Assembly: GCF_009914755.1 (NCBI RefSeq)
Contig: NC_060925.1
Length of the DNA stretch: 64,000 bases
From: the human T2T-CHM13v2.0 reference genome, Homo sapiens
Reading direction: 5' to 3' (one strand)
Position 1 is the first letter of the stretch, and each line of letters opens with the position of its first letter. Position numbers and translations under genes: made by a program. This document shows positions 29,414 to 44,366 of the stretch, one piece after another. The notes under the pieces were generated by a model. It did no database searches and was not told where the DNA came from. It saw nothing but the letters and a program-made list of their open reading frames with translations.

Positions 29414-29476
<63 letters not shown>

Positions 29477-29493
29477 TTCTTTTCTTTTCTTTC
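29276..29493. repeat. Compound (TTTC)n-(TTCC)15-(TTTC)n pyrimidine tract, expanded Alu tail
   Basis: Read directly; 15 consecutive TTCC units at 29355-29414. Confidence 0.97.
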
Positions 29494-29905
<412 letters not shown>

Positions 29906-30344
29906 TAGATAGCTTGACTTAGCTTCTTTCCCAGCAATTAGGAATCTTTTCTCTTTGGAAGAGGACAGAAATCAGGGGCTCTGTAATCAAAGATTCTCTT
30001 TAGAGAGATAGGGGAGAGGGAGAAGTGAACACCCACACAGAAATCAGCATTGCCATCACTTAGACATTTTTCAGAATAGGCATAGCTTCATTATTTTCTT
30101 CTTAGTCATTATCCCCTAGAAACATATTTTCAGTTGTTCTTTGTGATGTTTAAAGTGCCACATCAACAATTATCATCCCAGCTTGGAAACAGCCTGCTTG
30201 CTGGTGAAAAACAAAAACTCTATTCGTGGGACCAGCTCAGAAACAGGGCTGTGATAAGTTTGAGCTAGTAGATCTTACCTGGCTGAAGCAGGGAAGGATG
30301 CAAATACATCATGTCTCTTCTTTGTGTGCAAGAGCCTGTTCATC

Positions 30345-30840
30345 CATTCATTCACTCAACCACTGAACCAAGATTTTCTGTGCAACCATTATTCTTCTGT
30401 TAGATGCAGAAGAGACTGAGAAGAATAAGACTTGGCCCTCATCTTCCAAGGAATTCACCTGGAGTTGGGGCAAAATCACGTGATCACATCAACCATTAAC
30501 ACAATTTGGTGCATTATAGCAGACATAGTAGCCGGGGACCATGGGGCCACTGGGACAGCATAACTAACCCTGATATGGGATAAGCATGGATCAGCCTAAG
30601 AAGGCTTCCAAGAGGAGGTGTCATTTGATCTGGATCAAAAAAGAAAAGCAGAAGCTTTCCTGATGAAGAATGGAGTACAGGCACTTCAGAAAGAAGCGTA
30701 TAATAGGTGATGCCACAGTTACTTGAAAGAGGATGCTATTTTGGGGGAAGAATAGAAGTTCAGAATAGCTGGAGGGTATGTGGCACAGAGTGATGGGAGA
30801 TGACACAAGCAAAAATGTGAAGGACCTTTGAAATTTTTGT
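30345..30840 (-). mobile_element. L2
   Basis: cattcattcactcaac...aaggcttccaagaggaggtgtcatttgatctgg. Confidence 0.7.
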
Positions 30841-30846
30841 ATTGGG

Positions 30847-31181
<335 letters not shown>

Positions 31182-32116
31182 TCATCATTTCTTAAATCTT
31201 ATATGAAGTAAGTCACAGTAGAAATCCCCTCTCTGCCCATGCAAAACCACTCGACCAAGGAAACCACTGCTAACAGTTTGATAGATATCCTTTCTTCGTC
31301 TTACACTTATGCAGGCATATTTAAATCACGTTTTAGAAACAAAAAGTTAAGTATCCTATACCTATTGATCTGCAGCTTAATTTTTTTCAGTTAGTAACAT
31401 ATTTTCACAGGTCAGTTTATACAAAACTATTTTGTTACTTTTAACAGGCAACAAGGAACCAGTAAAGGACTTTAAGTTTGGGAACAAGTGGATCAAATAT
31501 GTTTTTTATGGACCCTGGATGGGAGAAAAGAGGACCGAGGCAGAGAGTCCACTTAGGGAAGGCCATGGTGAGAACTCTATTGAAAAGGCCATAGGGATGA
31601 GATTTGAGATTTCTGAGGTAGAATCATCAGGATTGTGACAGGTGATGGATTGGCTATGAGAATGGCTTGGTGAAAGTTCTTTTGTTGTATGTAACAGAAG
31701 CCACTCAAGGCAAGAAACATTTCGAAGCCAGGATTCAAAGGCAGGAACGAAATCGGGCCTGAGGATGGCCTGGAACCCAGAACTAGAAAGCTATCAGGAG
31801 TCAAGATCACTGTCTACTATTTCTAGGGTGTAGATCTCTCATTTCAACTTCTCTCTGAAGGTCCACCTCATTGTCCTCTGTGTGACTACTTCCCCATGCA
31901 CTGATGCTTCTCCCAGCTGCAGAGCAAGTGCTAACTTAGATCAGTCCAACCCAGAACAACAAAACCGGAATCTGGGGGGATGCCTGGCCATCGTGTGTGT
32001 GTACATGTATGTGTGTGTGTGTGTATGGTGTGTATCGAGGACTAAGCTCTGATTTTTTTTTTTTTACCATGCCTGGCCACTGCACGTGCGCACGTGTGTG
32101 TGTGTGTGTGGTGTGT

Positions 32117-32913
32117 TGAGGACTAAATTCTAATTTTTTTTTTTTATCTTGCCCAAATTCCTATCTAAGGAGTCTGGGGAGTCATGCCCTACAAATTATA
32201 AATTCTCATCGATGAGTTTTATTTAACCCTATATATGGTGACTTACTTTCCAACCTGACTCTGGCTTACTTTCCAACCTGATTCTGGCATAACATTAAGA
32301 GACAAAGTAGAAAATCAAAATATTTTACCCCAAAACGTGTTTCTTTGCCATATTTTGAAATGGCCCTGCAAAGCTGTTCTTTGTGGGGGAAAATTTGCAT
32401 CTGTAAAGAAACTTTATTAACATAGCTAGGTCTTTTTCTTCCTGACCTAAAGAGATTAACTAAGATCTGAATAGGAAACGTTTGACATCTATCGTCTCTA
32501 AGGGCAGCCACTATAAGACTTTGAAAGAATTTTGGTCTCCACAATCTGTATCTTAACCTGAACATTCCCTTTCTATGAATCCCAGGTCTTTAGACACAGG
32601 TCTTTAGACAAACTCAACCAATTGTCAACCGGAAAATGTTTAAATTCACCTGTAGCCTGGAAGTCCCCCCCTTCCCCTCCATCCCTCTCCCCACCTTTGA
32701 GTTGTCCCGCCTTTCTGGACCGAACCAATGTATTTAAATGTATTTGATTGATGTCTCATGGTTCTCTAAAATGTATAAAACCAAGCTGTGCCAGGACCAC
32801 CTTGGGCACAGGTTCTCAGGACCTCCTGAGGGCTGTGTCACGGGCCATGGTCACTCATATTTGGCTCATAATAAATCTCTAAATATTTTAGAGTTTGACT
32901 CTTTTCATAGACA
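32117..32913 (+). mobile_element. ERV1 solo LTR, MER4E-like
   Basis: tgaggactaa...atcttgcccaaattcctatctaagg...aataaatctc...ttttcatagaca; 4-bp TSD gtgt. Confidence 0.85.
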
Positions 32914-34729
32914 GTGTTTTCAGAATTCCTGGGCAATTTCAACATAGAGCGAAGGTGAAGAATCTCCAGTTTGGCACGGCTCAGGGTCTTGGAGGCGCCA
33001 TTTCCACGTTTGCAGGAGAGAGGATGTGATTGGCCCAGCCTGGGTCAGGTGTCCACGCTGGTCCAATCAACTGTGGCTGTAGACAGGGGCACCGGGACAG
33101 GATGGGAATAAGCAGGGGTTTTTTTTAGCTCAGCCTCTCCTGCTAAGGAGTGGAAAGGAAGGGAGGAGTGGCCCGGACAACATCAAGGTTCTGTAGTTCC
33201 ACATGGCACAGGCAAATCAGGTTTCGTGTTTACCTCTTGCTCCTTCTTCCCAGGACAAAGCCCTGGCCTTAGTGGAAAATGAGTACTTTATATCACTGGC
33301 ACGGGTCCCATTACTCCCTCCCTGCCCGAAAGGACAAAGGGAGTGGCCTCGTCCCTGGGCTGCAGTCCCCAGGCTTCCCTCCTCCACCAGGAGCCCGAGC
33401 TGCCTGAAGGTGCCTCTCTCAGAGCCATTTAACCAAGTCCCTCGGCAAAGAGCATGTCTGCTGGGAAGTGGAAGCAAACAGCTGTGAAATGATAGGCTGG
33501 AATCAACTTCTTTTTTGTCATCAGAATGAGTGACGGGGGAGTGAACTGTGGCTTCATATTTCCACCCAGATTTGGGGGAGGAAGGGAGGCAAGAAATTGC
33601 TGACCGGAGGAATTTGAATGCTAGAGAAGCTGGCCATTTGCTGTGTCTTCCCTCATATTTACTTCAACTGTTGTTAGGCAGTTCCTCCCACTCGCCTAAG
33701 ACCCGTCTTCCTAAATGGAGAATTCCTCACACCCGGCCTCAACGGGAGGTGAAACCTGGGCTGCATTTGAAGGGACTTAGCCTAACCGCAAGAGATTCAT
33801 GTTTCCTGTGCCTCCAACTCAAAGTCAGATTGCTATGGGGGCGTGGATCTTAACATAACTATCCAAACCCAAGAACAGCCCGAGGGTGGGTTGGAAGAGG
33901 CCTCTTTGTCTTCCTGTCTGCCAGGTCTTATCTTCTCTTTTCATATCCTGGTCTTGATCACCGCTTCCACAGTGTTTTTATACTTGGCCCACTTGGCAAT
34001 TTATGCATGTGTTTTTGAGTGAATATTTTTCAGTTTTGTTTTTATTTCTCTGGAAAAGCTAAGAGGGTTATATTGCTGTGCCAAGACAGAGGACTTACTC
34101 TAGATTCAGAAGACCCAGATCTCAAGTCCCAGATCTTCCAATTGCTAGTTTTGTACCTTAGGCAAATGACTTCGGTCCCCCCACCCCCATTCTCCTGTGG
34201 CTGTGTTTATACTTCTCTTATTATAGCTATCCTATGTCTGTGTTTCCTAGGAAATTTTGAACATCTTAATATAAATTTTTATTTATCTTGGTAACAAACG
34301 CAGTGCCTAGTACATTGCCTGATACATAGATATACAAAAAAAAAAAAAAAAAAAACAAAATGTAAATTCTCACAGTCTATGAAATTGGGACAATTACACC
34401 AAATTGTAAATATTGAATAAGACAATTCATGTGATTTATAAACTATAAAAAATACTATGTTTAAAAGTTGTAACAATGTCACTATAAAATTTTGCAGAGT
34501 TTTTTTTTTTAATGGTTCTCTTATTCTTACTGCATATTTGAAAAGTTTAGGGTAAGGAGTTTGTGAGGAAAACCTAGGATTTCTTATTTGCAAGAAATTA
34601 TTTTATTAATTACATGACTTACTCTGTTTCTGGCATAAGCCTCTGTTCTCACTTACGGTGTTTTTTCATTTAACTAGTTACATTGTCTAATGGTTAATAT
34701 TTGTGGTGTAAAGGATGATAGCTCTAAAT

Positions 34730-34949
34730 GAGGGTTTGTCAACCTTTGCACTGTTGACATTTTGGGCCAGATAATTCTTTGTTGATGGGGAGGGGCCTGT
34801 CCTGTTGAGCAGCATCCCTTGCACCCCACCCACTAGATGCCAGTAGCCCTTCCCCCTAGTTGTAACAACCAACAGTATCTCCAGACATTATCAAATGTCC
34901 CCTGGAAGGGGGTGCAAAATCACCCCTTCTTCACTGTTGAGCACCATTG
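34730..34949. mobile_element. MER20 hAT-Charlie element
   Basis: gcactgttgacattttgggccagataattctttgttg...cccactagatgccagtagc...tctccagacattatcaaatgtcccctgg. Confidence 0.9.
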
Positions 34950-35783
34950 CTCTGAAGTTATGACTTATGCTTTTTTCTCTTGCATCTTCTGTTATTAACT
35001 TTCTCAATATTTTAAATGTATGTCTCTTAAGTGCTGCAAAATCAGACCACTCTGAAGTCCACTCAAAGCATTTTTCACTCACTTGGGTCTGAAGACAGGC
35101 ATGTCCTTCAATGCATCTGATTACTCAGAGAAGATTTCCCTAGCTTGCCAGAGAAATTCCCTCTTTCTCCCTCATTCTTCCTCTATACACAAGGTTGGCA
35201 CAGATCAATCCTAAAATTCCATTCACCATGACTTCCAAAAGCAAGTAGGCTTCTTGCTTTTAAAGCCTGTGATGTCCTACCTTCTCAGAGTTCCCTAGGT
35301 GAACACATAATCAAGGCCCCACTGTCAGCCTCCCTGCACTAGAGGGACCCTTGATTTACTGCATATGTACATTTGGGTGTGGTCACTTTATGTTATCATA
35401 AAGACAAGTCTCTCCTAAGTGAACAGACACCCATCTTTTCTTGCACAAGTGTACTTTTTTTCTTAGCCTCCCTCCCTTTCTCTGTGTTTGGTGTCTTTAT
35501 GGACTTGTGCCAATTTACAGGAAGTGACTTAATTTTTCCACCCCATGGACGGCTGGAGCCAGTGTTACAGTCCTCTTGCTGCAGACAAGATGCCTACTTT
35601 CCTCCCAGCTTCCTGTTTACCTCACTTCAAGGAGCACCGAGGCCCAAGATTTTGTCTGAAATTCATTTTCTCCAAGATGCAAAAGCTGTTATTAATAACC
35701 TCCATTTGTTTGCCTACGACCTTGTTAAGCACGAATGTACCAAGTACAAATGGTACCCACTCCTCTGAGCACTTGGTACTCAC

Positions 35784-35886
35784 TTAACAAATCCCTGTCT
35801 CCCTGATAGAAAGGATGCTGTGTCATCAGAAAATTGCCCTACATACTATGCACACAGCTCCCATTCCTTCTTAAGGAACCTCATTC
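35784..35886 (-). ncRNA. Candidate 103-nt exon
   Basis: Acceptor ccccttctttcttgtccacag|g and donor taa|gtgagt; stop codons in all three frames. Confidence 0.35.
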
Positions 35887-35966
35887 CTGTGGACAAGAAA
35901 GAAGGGGGCTTGCTGTCCTCTGACTGCTTATGCACATATTGAATGCCCAGGGTCCGACACATAACA

Positions 35967-36812
35967 ACACTTTTTTCTCCTCAGCTTTTACTTTAGGCTC
36001 AGGGTGTATGTGCAGCTTTGTTACATGGGAAAATTGCATGTCACTGGGGTTTGGAGTACAAATGATTTCATCACCCAGGTAGTGAGCATGGTACTTGACA
36101 GCTAGTTTTTTAACCCTCACCATCTTCCTACCCTTCTCCCTCAATTAGTCCCCAGTGTCTATGGTTCCCATCTTTATGTCCATGTGTACTTAATGTTTAG
36201 CTCCCACTTATAAGTGAGAACATGCAGTTTTTGGTTTTCTGATCCTGCACAATGGCCTCCGGCTGCATCCGTGTTCCTGCAAAGGACATGATTTTGGTTT
36301 TCTTATGGCTGCATAGTATTCCATGGTATGTATGTACCACATTTTCTTTATCCAATTCACTGTTGGGCACCAAGGTTGATTCCATATCTTTGTTATTGTG
36401 ATTAGTGCTATAACGAACATATGGGCACATGTGTATTTTTAGTAGAATGATTTCTGTTCCTTTGGATATATACCCAGTAATGGGATTGCTAGGTCGAATG
36501 GTAGTTCTAAGTTCTTTGAGAAATCCCCACACTGCTTTCCACAGTAGTTGAACCTGTTTACATTCCTTCCAGCAGTGTATAAGCATTCCCTTTTCTCCAC
36601 AACCTCTCCAGCGTCTGTGATTTTTTTTTACTTTTTAATAGCCATTCTGACCAGTGTGAGATGGTATCTCATTGTGATTTTGGTTTGCATTTCTGTAATG
36701 ATTAGTAATGTTCAGCAGTTTTTATATGCTTGTTGGCCACCTGTATGTCTTCTTTTGAGAAGTGTTCCATGTCCTTTGCCCATTTTTTAATGGGGTTGTT
36801 TGTTTGTTTGCT
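35967..36812 (-). mobile_element. 5'-truncated L1 (L1PA15/16 or L1PB-like) 3' end
   Basis: ORF remnants WIKKMWYIHTMEYYAAI and KTKNCMFSLISGS; probable TSD acataaca. Confidence 0.9.
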
Positions 36813-37059
36813 ACATAACATTTCTACAGTTGCTTTTGGCAAGAGTGATGGCTCAAGACTGCTATCTTTACAAAGTAGCTACATTTTAAATTAACATTCT
36901 GAAGATGAGCTGACATCTAAAAAGACAGGAGAATAGTTTAATAGGAACCCATCTGATAAGGAAATTTGGATGGGCTGTTTAATGGATCCACCATGCTTCA
37001 GAATAATTCCCTTCACATTGACAACCACCATCACCACCACCCCTTTGAACTCCTACTTA

Positions 37060-37235
37060 GTGCTTGATGTACATTATCTCATTTAAATCTCACAACAGTC
37101 CTGATGAGGTTTTACTGGAAGTAAGTATTATTACTTCCATCTTATAGATGAGGAAACTAAAACTCAGAGATGTTGTGTGAACTTGACCAAGGTCACACAG
37201 TTGTTAAGTAGCAAATTTAGGATTTGATCCAAAGC
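37060..37235 (-). mobile_element. MIR
   Basis: catcttatagatgaggaaactaaaactcagaga...aacttgaccaaggtcacacag. Confidence 0.85.
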
Positions 37236-38389
37236 ACAACAAAGTGAGATGCTGGACATTAGCAACCAGAACAGAGATTTCTCTGAAACTCTGAAGAGGA
37301 ATAAAGAGCTTCCTGTCTAATCCCAGCAACTATCACATTAAGAAAAAAATCTTAAAAACATCTCTTGGGGTAATATGAAAAATACAAGATTAGGAATCAT
37401 AAGATCTGGGTCTTAATCCCTACTTTACTACTTTCAAGCTGAATGATCAGGGACAATTTATTGATTACCGCTGAGCATCGGTTTTCTCATCTCACATGGA
37501 AATTACAGGGCTATTGTGAGTAATTATGTTTTAACTGTTAATCTCTACAAAAATGTAGTTCGACCACAGGCATTTCCAAAGAGTCTCATCACCCAGATCC
37601 TGGGAAGAACCTGGCTTCTCTACTCAAGTCAAGTTGGACAGCCATTGCTGAGGCTGTCCAAAGACAATGTTCTCTTTCTCATAACATCAGCGATGACACA
37701 GGGAAAGCGAGCATGTCAGGCCATGGGGCTGCTTCTCTAATAGGCTGGCCATGTTTGGAACATAGGTCTGGGCCTCTTTTGGCCAGTAACCACAAGGACA
37801 GGACGAACAGACGCAAGGGCATGCCTCCAAGTGGCTGGCCAGCACCCGGGGGCTTTGGAACACTGTGGTTAACCTCAGGGCCTGGCAGGAGGGAAAAGTC
37901 CTAGCTCCCAAGTTAGTCGCTTCCACAAAAGTAAACCAAAATGAGTCATATGAAGATGGAGAAACCACCAGAGACAGCTTTCCATGTAAGGATCACAGTA
38001 AAGAATAAAAGCCAGCAATGGGAGAACTCTAAGCCCTTGGATGGCTGATGTTTCCTTCTTAGTCAGTATGTGAGATGTGTGGCCAGACACGAGCATGGGT
38101 ATGTGTGTGTGTGCAGTGAGGGAAATCTGTGTGTATTCTTCTGCCTCCTCTGTGGCTGGTTTGCCAGCTGCTGCTCAACATCATTCAAGTGGATTGGAAA
38201 CTTATACAGTAGTATTATTAGAGGGTGACCCTGGTTCTTTTTGATATTACAAAATTGCCCTTTAAAAAGCTTTTCTTGCTTTGACTCTGAGAGGGGGCAT
38301 GGAGTGGGGTCCATATATTCTACCTGTGCACATATGCATGTAAATATGAGTGGATAAGCAAGGACAGCCAGAGCTCTTGAAAGTAAATG

Positions 38390-39965
38390 TCTCAGTAGAC
38401 GGGTTGGAAGACAAAATTGAGGAAATAGTCCCAAATGTAATGAAGAAAGGATGGAAATTATGAGGGAAAAGTTGAAAGAAATGTAGGATCATTTCACAAA
38501 GTCCAACATCCATCTAGCAGGATTCCAGAAAAAAAAAAGTGAAGATGAGGGGAAACATTATCAAAGGAAAGACAAGAATTTCAGACTGGAAGGACCCACC
38601 GAATATTGAGCAAAAAGAGTAAAAAGGGACCCATATACACTGTGATAAAATTTAGAAATATAAAAATAATATTCTCAGTGATTTCAGAAAGTAGATACTC
38701 TAGAAAAATAAGAATTAGCCCAAGCTTTGCCTTCTTGTCAGTAATTTTGGATGCCAGAAGAGTAACCTAGTGAAGCAATCGATGCCTTTGTAGTACCAAG
38801 GGAATTTGATTTTCCATTTAGAATCATCAATCCCAGTCAAACCATTCAAATGTCAGAGCAAATAGTTTTTCAGAACCACACTACTTGATCCTTCAGTAAA
38901 TAATATGTATACAGTTATATTATAAAAATTCATTATTGATTTTTGTTCTTCAGAATTAACCTATAGACAAAATAAAAACTCAACTGTTTATCCCCCTATT
39001 CTGAAAGATTACCTGTGTGCACACTCCAGTAAGATAAAAGAGGAATCTAAGAAAAAGAAATTCATAGGATCCAAGAAACATTAGAAATAATTTAAGGATG
39101 TAATTAAAATTTTAGAAAAATACGATGGTAACTGTGGTACATACCTAGAAGATGATGAGACAAAATTAGGTCATTCAAAATGGTATGCTTAAGAATCTGG
39201 ATGATCTTCATGATATGGTAAAGAGGATGTATGTGTCTATTGTCAATTACTTTAAAAACGAAAAGCAAATAGGAGCCCCAGAATAAAACAAAAATCAGAA
39301 TTAGAAGCAACCTAAATTAGGACATAGTTTGGAAAAACTGATTAGGGTAGGAAAAGAGAATTCATTTTCTTTTGCATTGCCTAGGATTATTTATTTCTTA
39401 CTTCATTCTTCAGTAAATAATTTTTATATATTCACAGGATTGACATTGGGGAAGAAACTGTATATTGGTTTTCAATATTTAGAATCAAATTTTAAACAAA
39501 GCAGGGAAGACTTAACTATGGTTTCAGAGTAGAATATAATTATTACAAACCCAGTAAATACAAAAGAGAATCCAGGAAAGGCAGAAGTTAGAAGGTGAAG
39601 GAAGTAGGAAGGGTGGAGGGGAAAATGGGGTAATGAGTTCCTCATTTTTCTTGTAAGGAATCAAGTGGAATACAGTCTAAAATTATGAAGATGGAAAGAC
39701 ACAGAGGCAGTGGAGGATAACACACACCCTCATGTGGCAGGAGTCAATAAATACTGTTGAAAGTTGATAAATCAAAAAAGAGAGGTATAAGCATATTACT
39801 CAGTATTTTGTGGCAACCACCTAACGAACTGAAACCAGAACTGGTTAAAGTTGATTGCCGTTGGGAGTGGGAGGGAGTGAGGACAAGGAGAAGGAGACTT
39901 TGCATAGTGTTTTGTCCTATTTGAGTGTAACTTCCATCACATGTGGGCATTACTTTTAAAATAAA
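38390..39965 (+). mobile_element. Highly degenerate L1ME fragments
   Basis: agtccaacatccatctagcaggattccagaa and ttcagactggaaggacccacc are ORF1-like; the segment ends in 3'-UTR-like sequence. Confidence 0.55.
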
Positions 39966-40294
39966 ACTGGGAAGAAGAATAAGATTACCAAGCGTTGACA
40001 TTGGGGAAGAAACAGAAGCTTTTATACCCTGTTTGCAAGAGTGAAAACTGAATTGGTCCAAGCTTTTTTTAAAAAAAGTCATGAAATGCTGAGAAAACTT
40101 GAAGTTATGTGTGTGCCTTTAGGAGTTCTATTTTAAGTAAGACATGGAAGTTTTAATACACTTATGCTGCAAACTGGGAAGTGCTAGGGAACCCACATCC
40201 TCCCCATCAGCCTGGCTGGAGCCATCTGGGACAAGCATCTATTTGTTACAGAAATTTTATACAGCAGGAGCTTGAGAGTGACTCTGTCACTTAC

Positions 40295-40351
40295 CTCATG
40301 AATGCACAAACTCCTGAGAAGAGGAGCCGGAGGGAACGGCAGTGGCCTTTC
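40295..40351 (-). ncRNA. Candidate 57-nt exon (alternative 19-nt form from 40313)
   Basis: Acceptors catccctcatttcttcag|g and ctcctcttctcag|g; donor gag|gtaagt. Confidence 0.3.
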
Positions 40352-40561
40352 CTGAAGAAATGAGGGATGCTTTTCTCTCACAACTTCATGGCAGGCCACA
40401 ATTTTGTCTTACACCATATTGTCACAGGAAGAAATGCTGCCTGCGGAGACTCAAGAACAGGACACAGACCAAACAGGAAAATCCCAATGAGACCATGGAT
40501 CCCTGGAGGGGATCCTCTTTTGCAACCCTCAAAGGCAAAGCACTTTGCAGGCAGTAGGCAT

Positions 40562-40952
40562 TTATATTAGTGTGCTAGGGCTGCCATAACAGAATAGCAT
40601 ACACTGGGGGTGCTTACACAACAAATATTTATTTTCGTACAGTCCTGGAGGCTCAAGTTTGAGATTAAGGTGCACCAGGATTGGTTTCTGGTAAGGCCTC
40701 TCTTCCTGGCTTGCAGACAGCCACCTTCTTGGTGTGTCATCACATGACTTTTTCTCTGTGTATACAAAGAGAGAGAGAGATCTCTAGTGTCTCTTTTTAT
40801 AAGGACACCAGTCCTATCAGCTTAGGATCCAATCCTTATGACCTCATTTAACCTTGATTACCTTCTTGAAGGTGTTATCTCCAAATACAGTCATATTGGT
40901 AGTTAGGGCTTCAACATATGAATTTGGAGGTGACACGATTCAGTCCATAACA
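40562..40952 (-). mobile_element. MLT1B-like MaLR LTR
   Basis: gctagggctgccataaca...gttagggcttcaacatatgaatttgg...cagtccataaca. Confidence 0.88.
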
Positions 40953-41295
40953 GTATGGAATAAGCACCTATGGTTATTGAATAATGAATGCTCTGACTGC
41001 TTTCCTGGATACATGGGGGCCCTAATTTTTATGCTACATAATGGATGCTGTAAGGAGAAAGAAACTATCCTTCTTGTTCACACCCATCTTTTCCCTCCTC
41101 AAGGTGGATGTCATTGCTAATATGATTGCACTGCTAAGGTCATCAAGAGGGCAGTTTTTACAGTGTCCCTATGAGATGGCAGGGACTTGCTCACCCATCA
41201 CTCAGCAAACATCCACATGTCCATGACCAGCTACTGCCCCCCTCACACCTGGCCCCACATTGGGACCTGGCTCATTCTATCTTCATCACTACCAG

Positions 41296-41700
41296 CTATG
41301 GTCTGAATTTTTGTGTCCCCTTCCTCCACAGATTAATATGTTGAATCCTAATTACCAACTCGATAGTATTAGGAGATGGGACCTTTGAGAAGTGATTAGG
41401 TTATAAGGATGGAGCCCTCATGGACCGGATTAATGGAAAGAGAAGAAAAGAAAAGAAAAAAGAAAAGAAAAGAAAAGGAAAGAAAGGGGTCCAGAGAGCT
41501 GCCTTGCCCTTCTACTATGTGAGGACACAGCAAGAAGGCATCATCTATGATCCAGGAAGTGGGCCCTCACCAGACACCAAATCTGCTGGTGCTTTGATCT
41601 TGAACTTACCAGTCTTCAGAACTGTGAGCAACAAATTTCTGTTGTTTAAAAGCCACCCAGTTTAAGGTATGTTTGTTATAGTCGCCCAAACAGACCAAAA
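41296..41700 (+). mobile_element. MLT1A-like MaLR LTR with internal (GAAAA)n
   Basis: gctatggtctgaat...gggccctcaccagacaccaaatctgctgg...cagaactgtgag. Confidence 0.88.
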
Positions 41701-42464
41701 TGCTCTCTCTTTCTAACCAAGGGGTAATGAGAGGCTGAGATCTGTATTCATTTTTAGGGGTAAATAATGGGGGCTCCACTTCAGTTTATAGCCTTAATTG
41801 TATGCTCTCTGGAGGAGGAGAAAATGGGGATGGGCAGAGATGTAGAATAGATATTGTACACACCCCACAAAAAAATAGCAGCCTTTGTTTTCCATTTGCT
41901 GTCTTCTCTCTGTCCTACCATCTGTCCTCAGAGAGAAGAGGCCTCACAGGCAAGAAGAACACGAGAACACAGATGCTCCCAGGGTCCCTGGAAAAATGCC
42001 ATCAAAATCTAGTGTACATCTGTAACAAAGACAGTTTATTGTTCCAAGAGGCTGCATGTTTCACCTAATAAAGAGTCATATAAACATAAGGAAGCTCTGG
42101 CCTCAAGCTACAAATGCATTTGCTCACTGAGTGCCTGACTGGAGGACAGACTGTGCTTCCTGAACAAACCAGAACCATATAAAAACAATCCTCCCTGAGT
42201 ACACAGGACCCAAAGTGATTTCTCAGGATGCTCATTTCCTTTCACAAGTAGTCCCAGGTAGTATGTCATGTCCAGAGCAGTCCTGGTACTCTCCTAGAAC
42301 ACCACAGCTCAACATCCTTTCGGTTCACTGTCCAGAGGCCTAGCATGCTCATTTCCTCTCTAAACCCCTTGACTCTCAGAAATGTCCCTAACACATTTAC
42401 AGTTTACAAAGTATTTTCACATGTCATTTAATTCTTGCAAGTACTCTGTGAGATGACAGAGACT

Positions 42465-43760
<1,296 letters not shown>

Positions 43761-44229
43761 TAGTAGCTGTAGATGGTGTCACAGAAGTATGTGAGGTCTC
43801 CCAAAGGGAGGATGCAGAAGCCTGATGTCATTAGACAGATGAAGGGACTGAGGCTGCCTGAAGATCTCATAGCTGGTCCATGGCAGAGCTGGGCTGGAGC
43901 CAGGTCTTCTGACTCCAAGCCCAGTGCCCTATCTGCCACACAAAAGTCTAGCCAAGGACTCCTGGATATGAGCCTGGGCTGTACCTGGAAGCCAACAGGT
44001 TTTACCTCTGTTGTTTCCTTGTTTTATCTAATAGGAAGTAGCCCTTGAGCAGTGGCCAAGAAGCCCTTCATCATGTTGCTCTTGGTAGGCTACAAGGGTG
44101 AGTGGAGGAATAGTCTAAATACCTACTGGGGAGATACCCTTGGGTGAGACAAGGCAGAAAATGCTCACACTTGCCACCATGTTCACCCTGTCATTCAATC
44201 CTTACATCTGCTCTTCCTGGGTCACTCAC

Positions 44230-44366
44230 CTTCCTGCTTACTTCCCTAGACTCTGCTCACATCAGGTTCTTTGCTTCACCTCCCCTGTCCATCAAAATCT
44301 TCTTGTTTTAGTCCCATCCCACCTCCACTCTATAGTTCTCTGCTAGACTATGAGATAAAGCAAGTC
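44230..44366 (-). ncRNA. Candidate exon (acceptor at 44347 or 44366)
   Basis: Donor aag|gtgagt; acceptors ctttatctcatag|t or cccatcttagcag|g. Confidence 0.22.
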
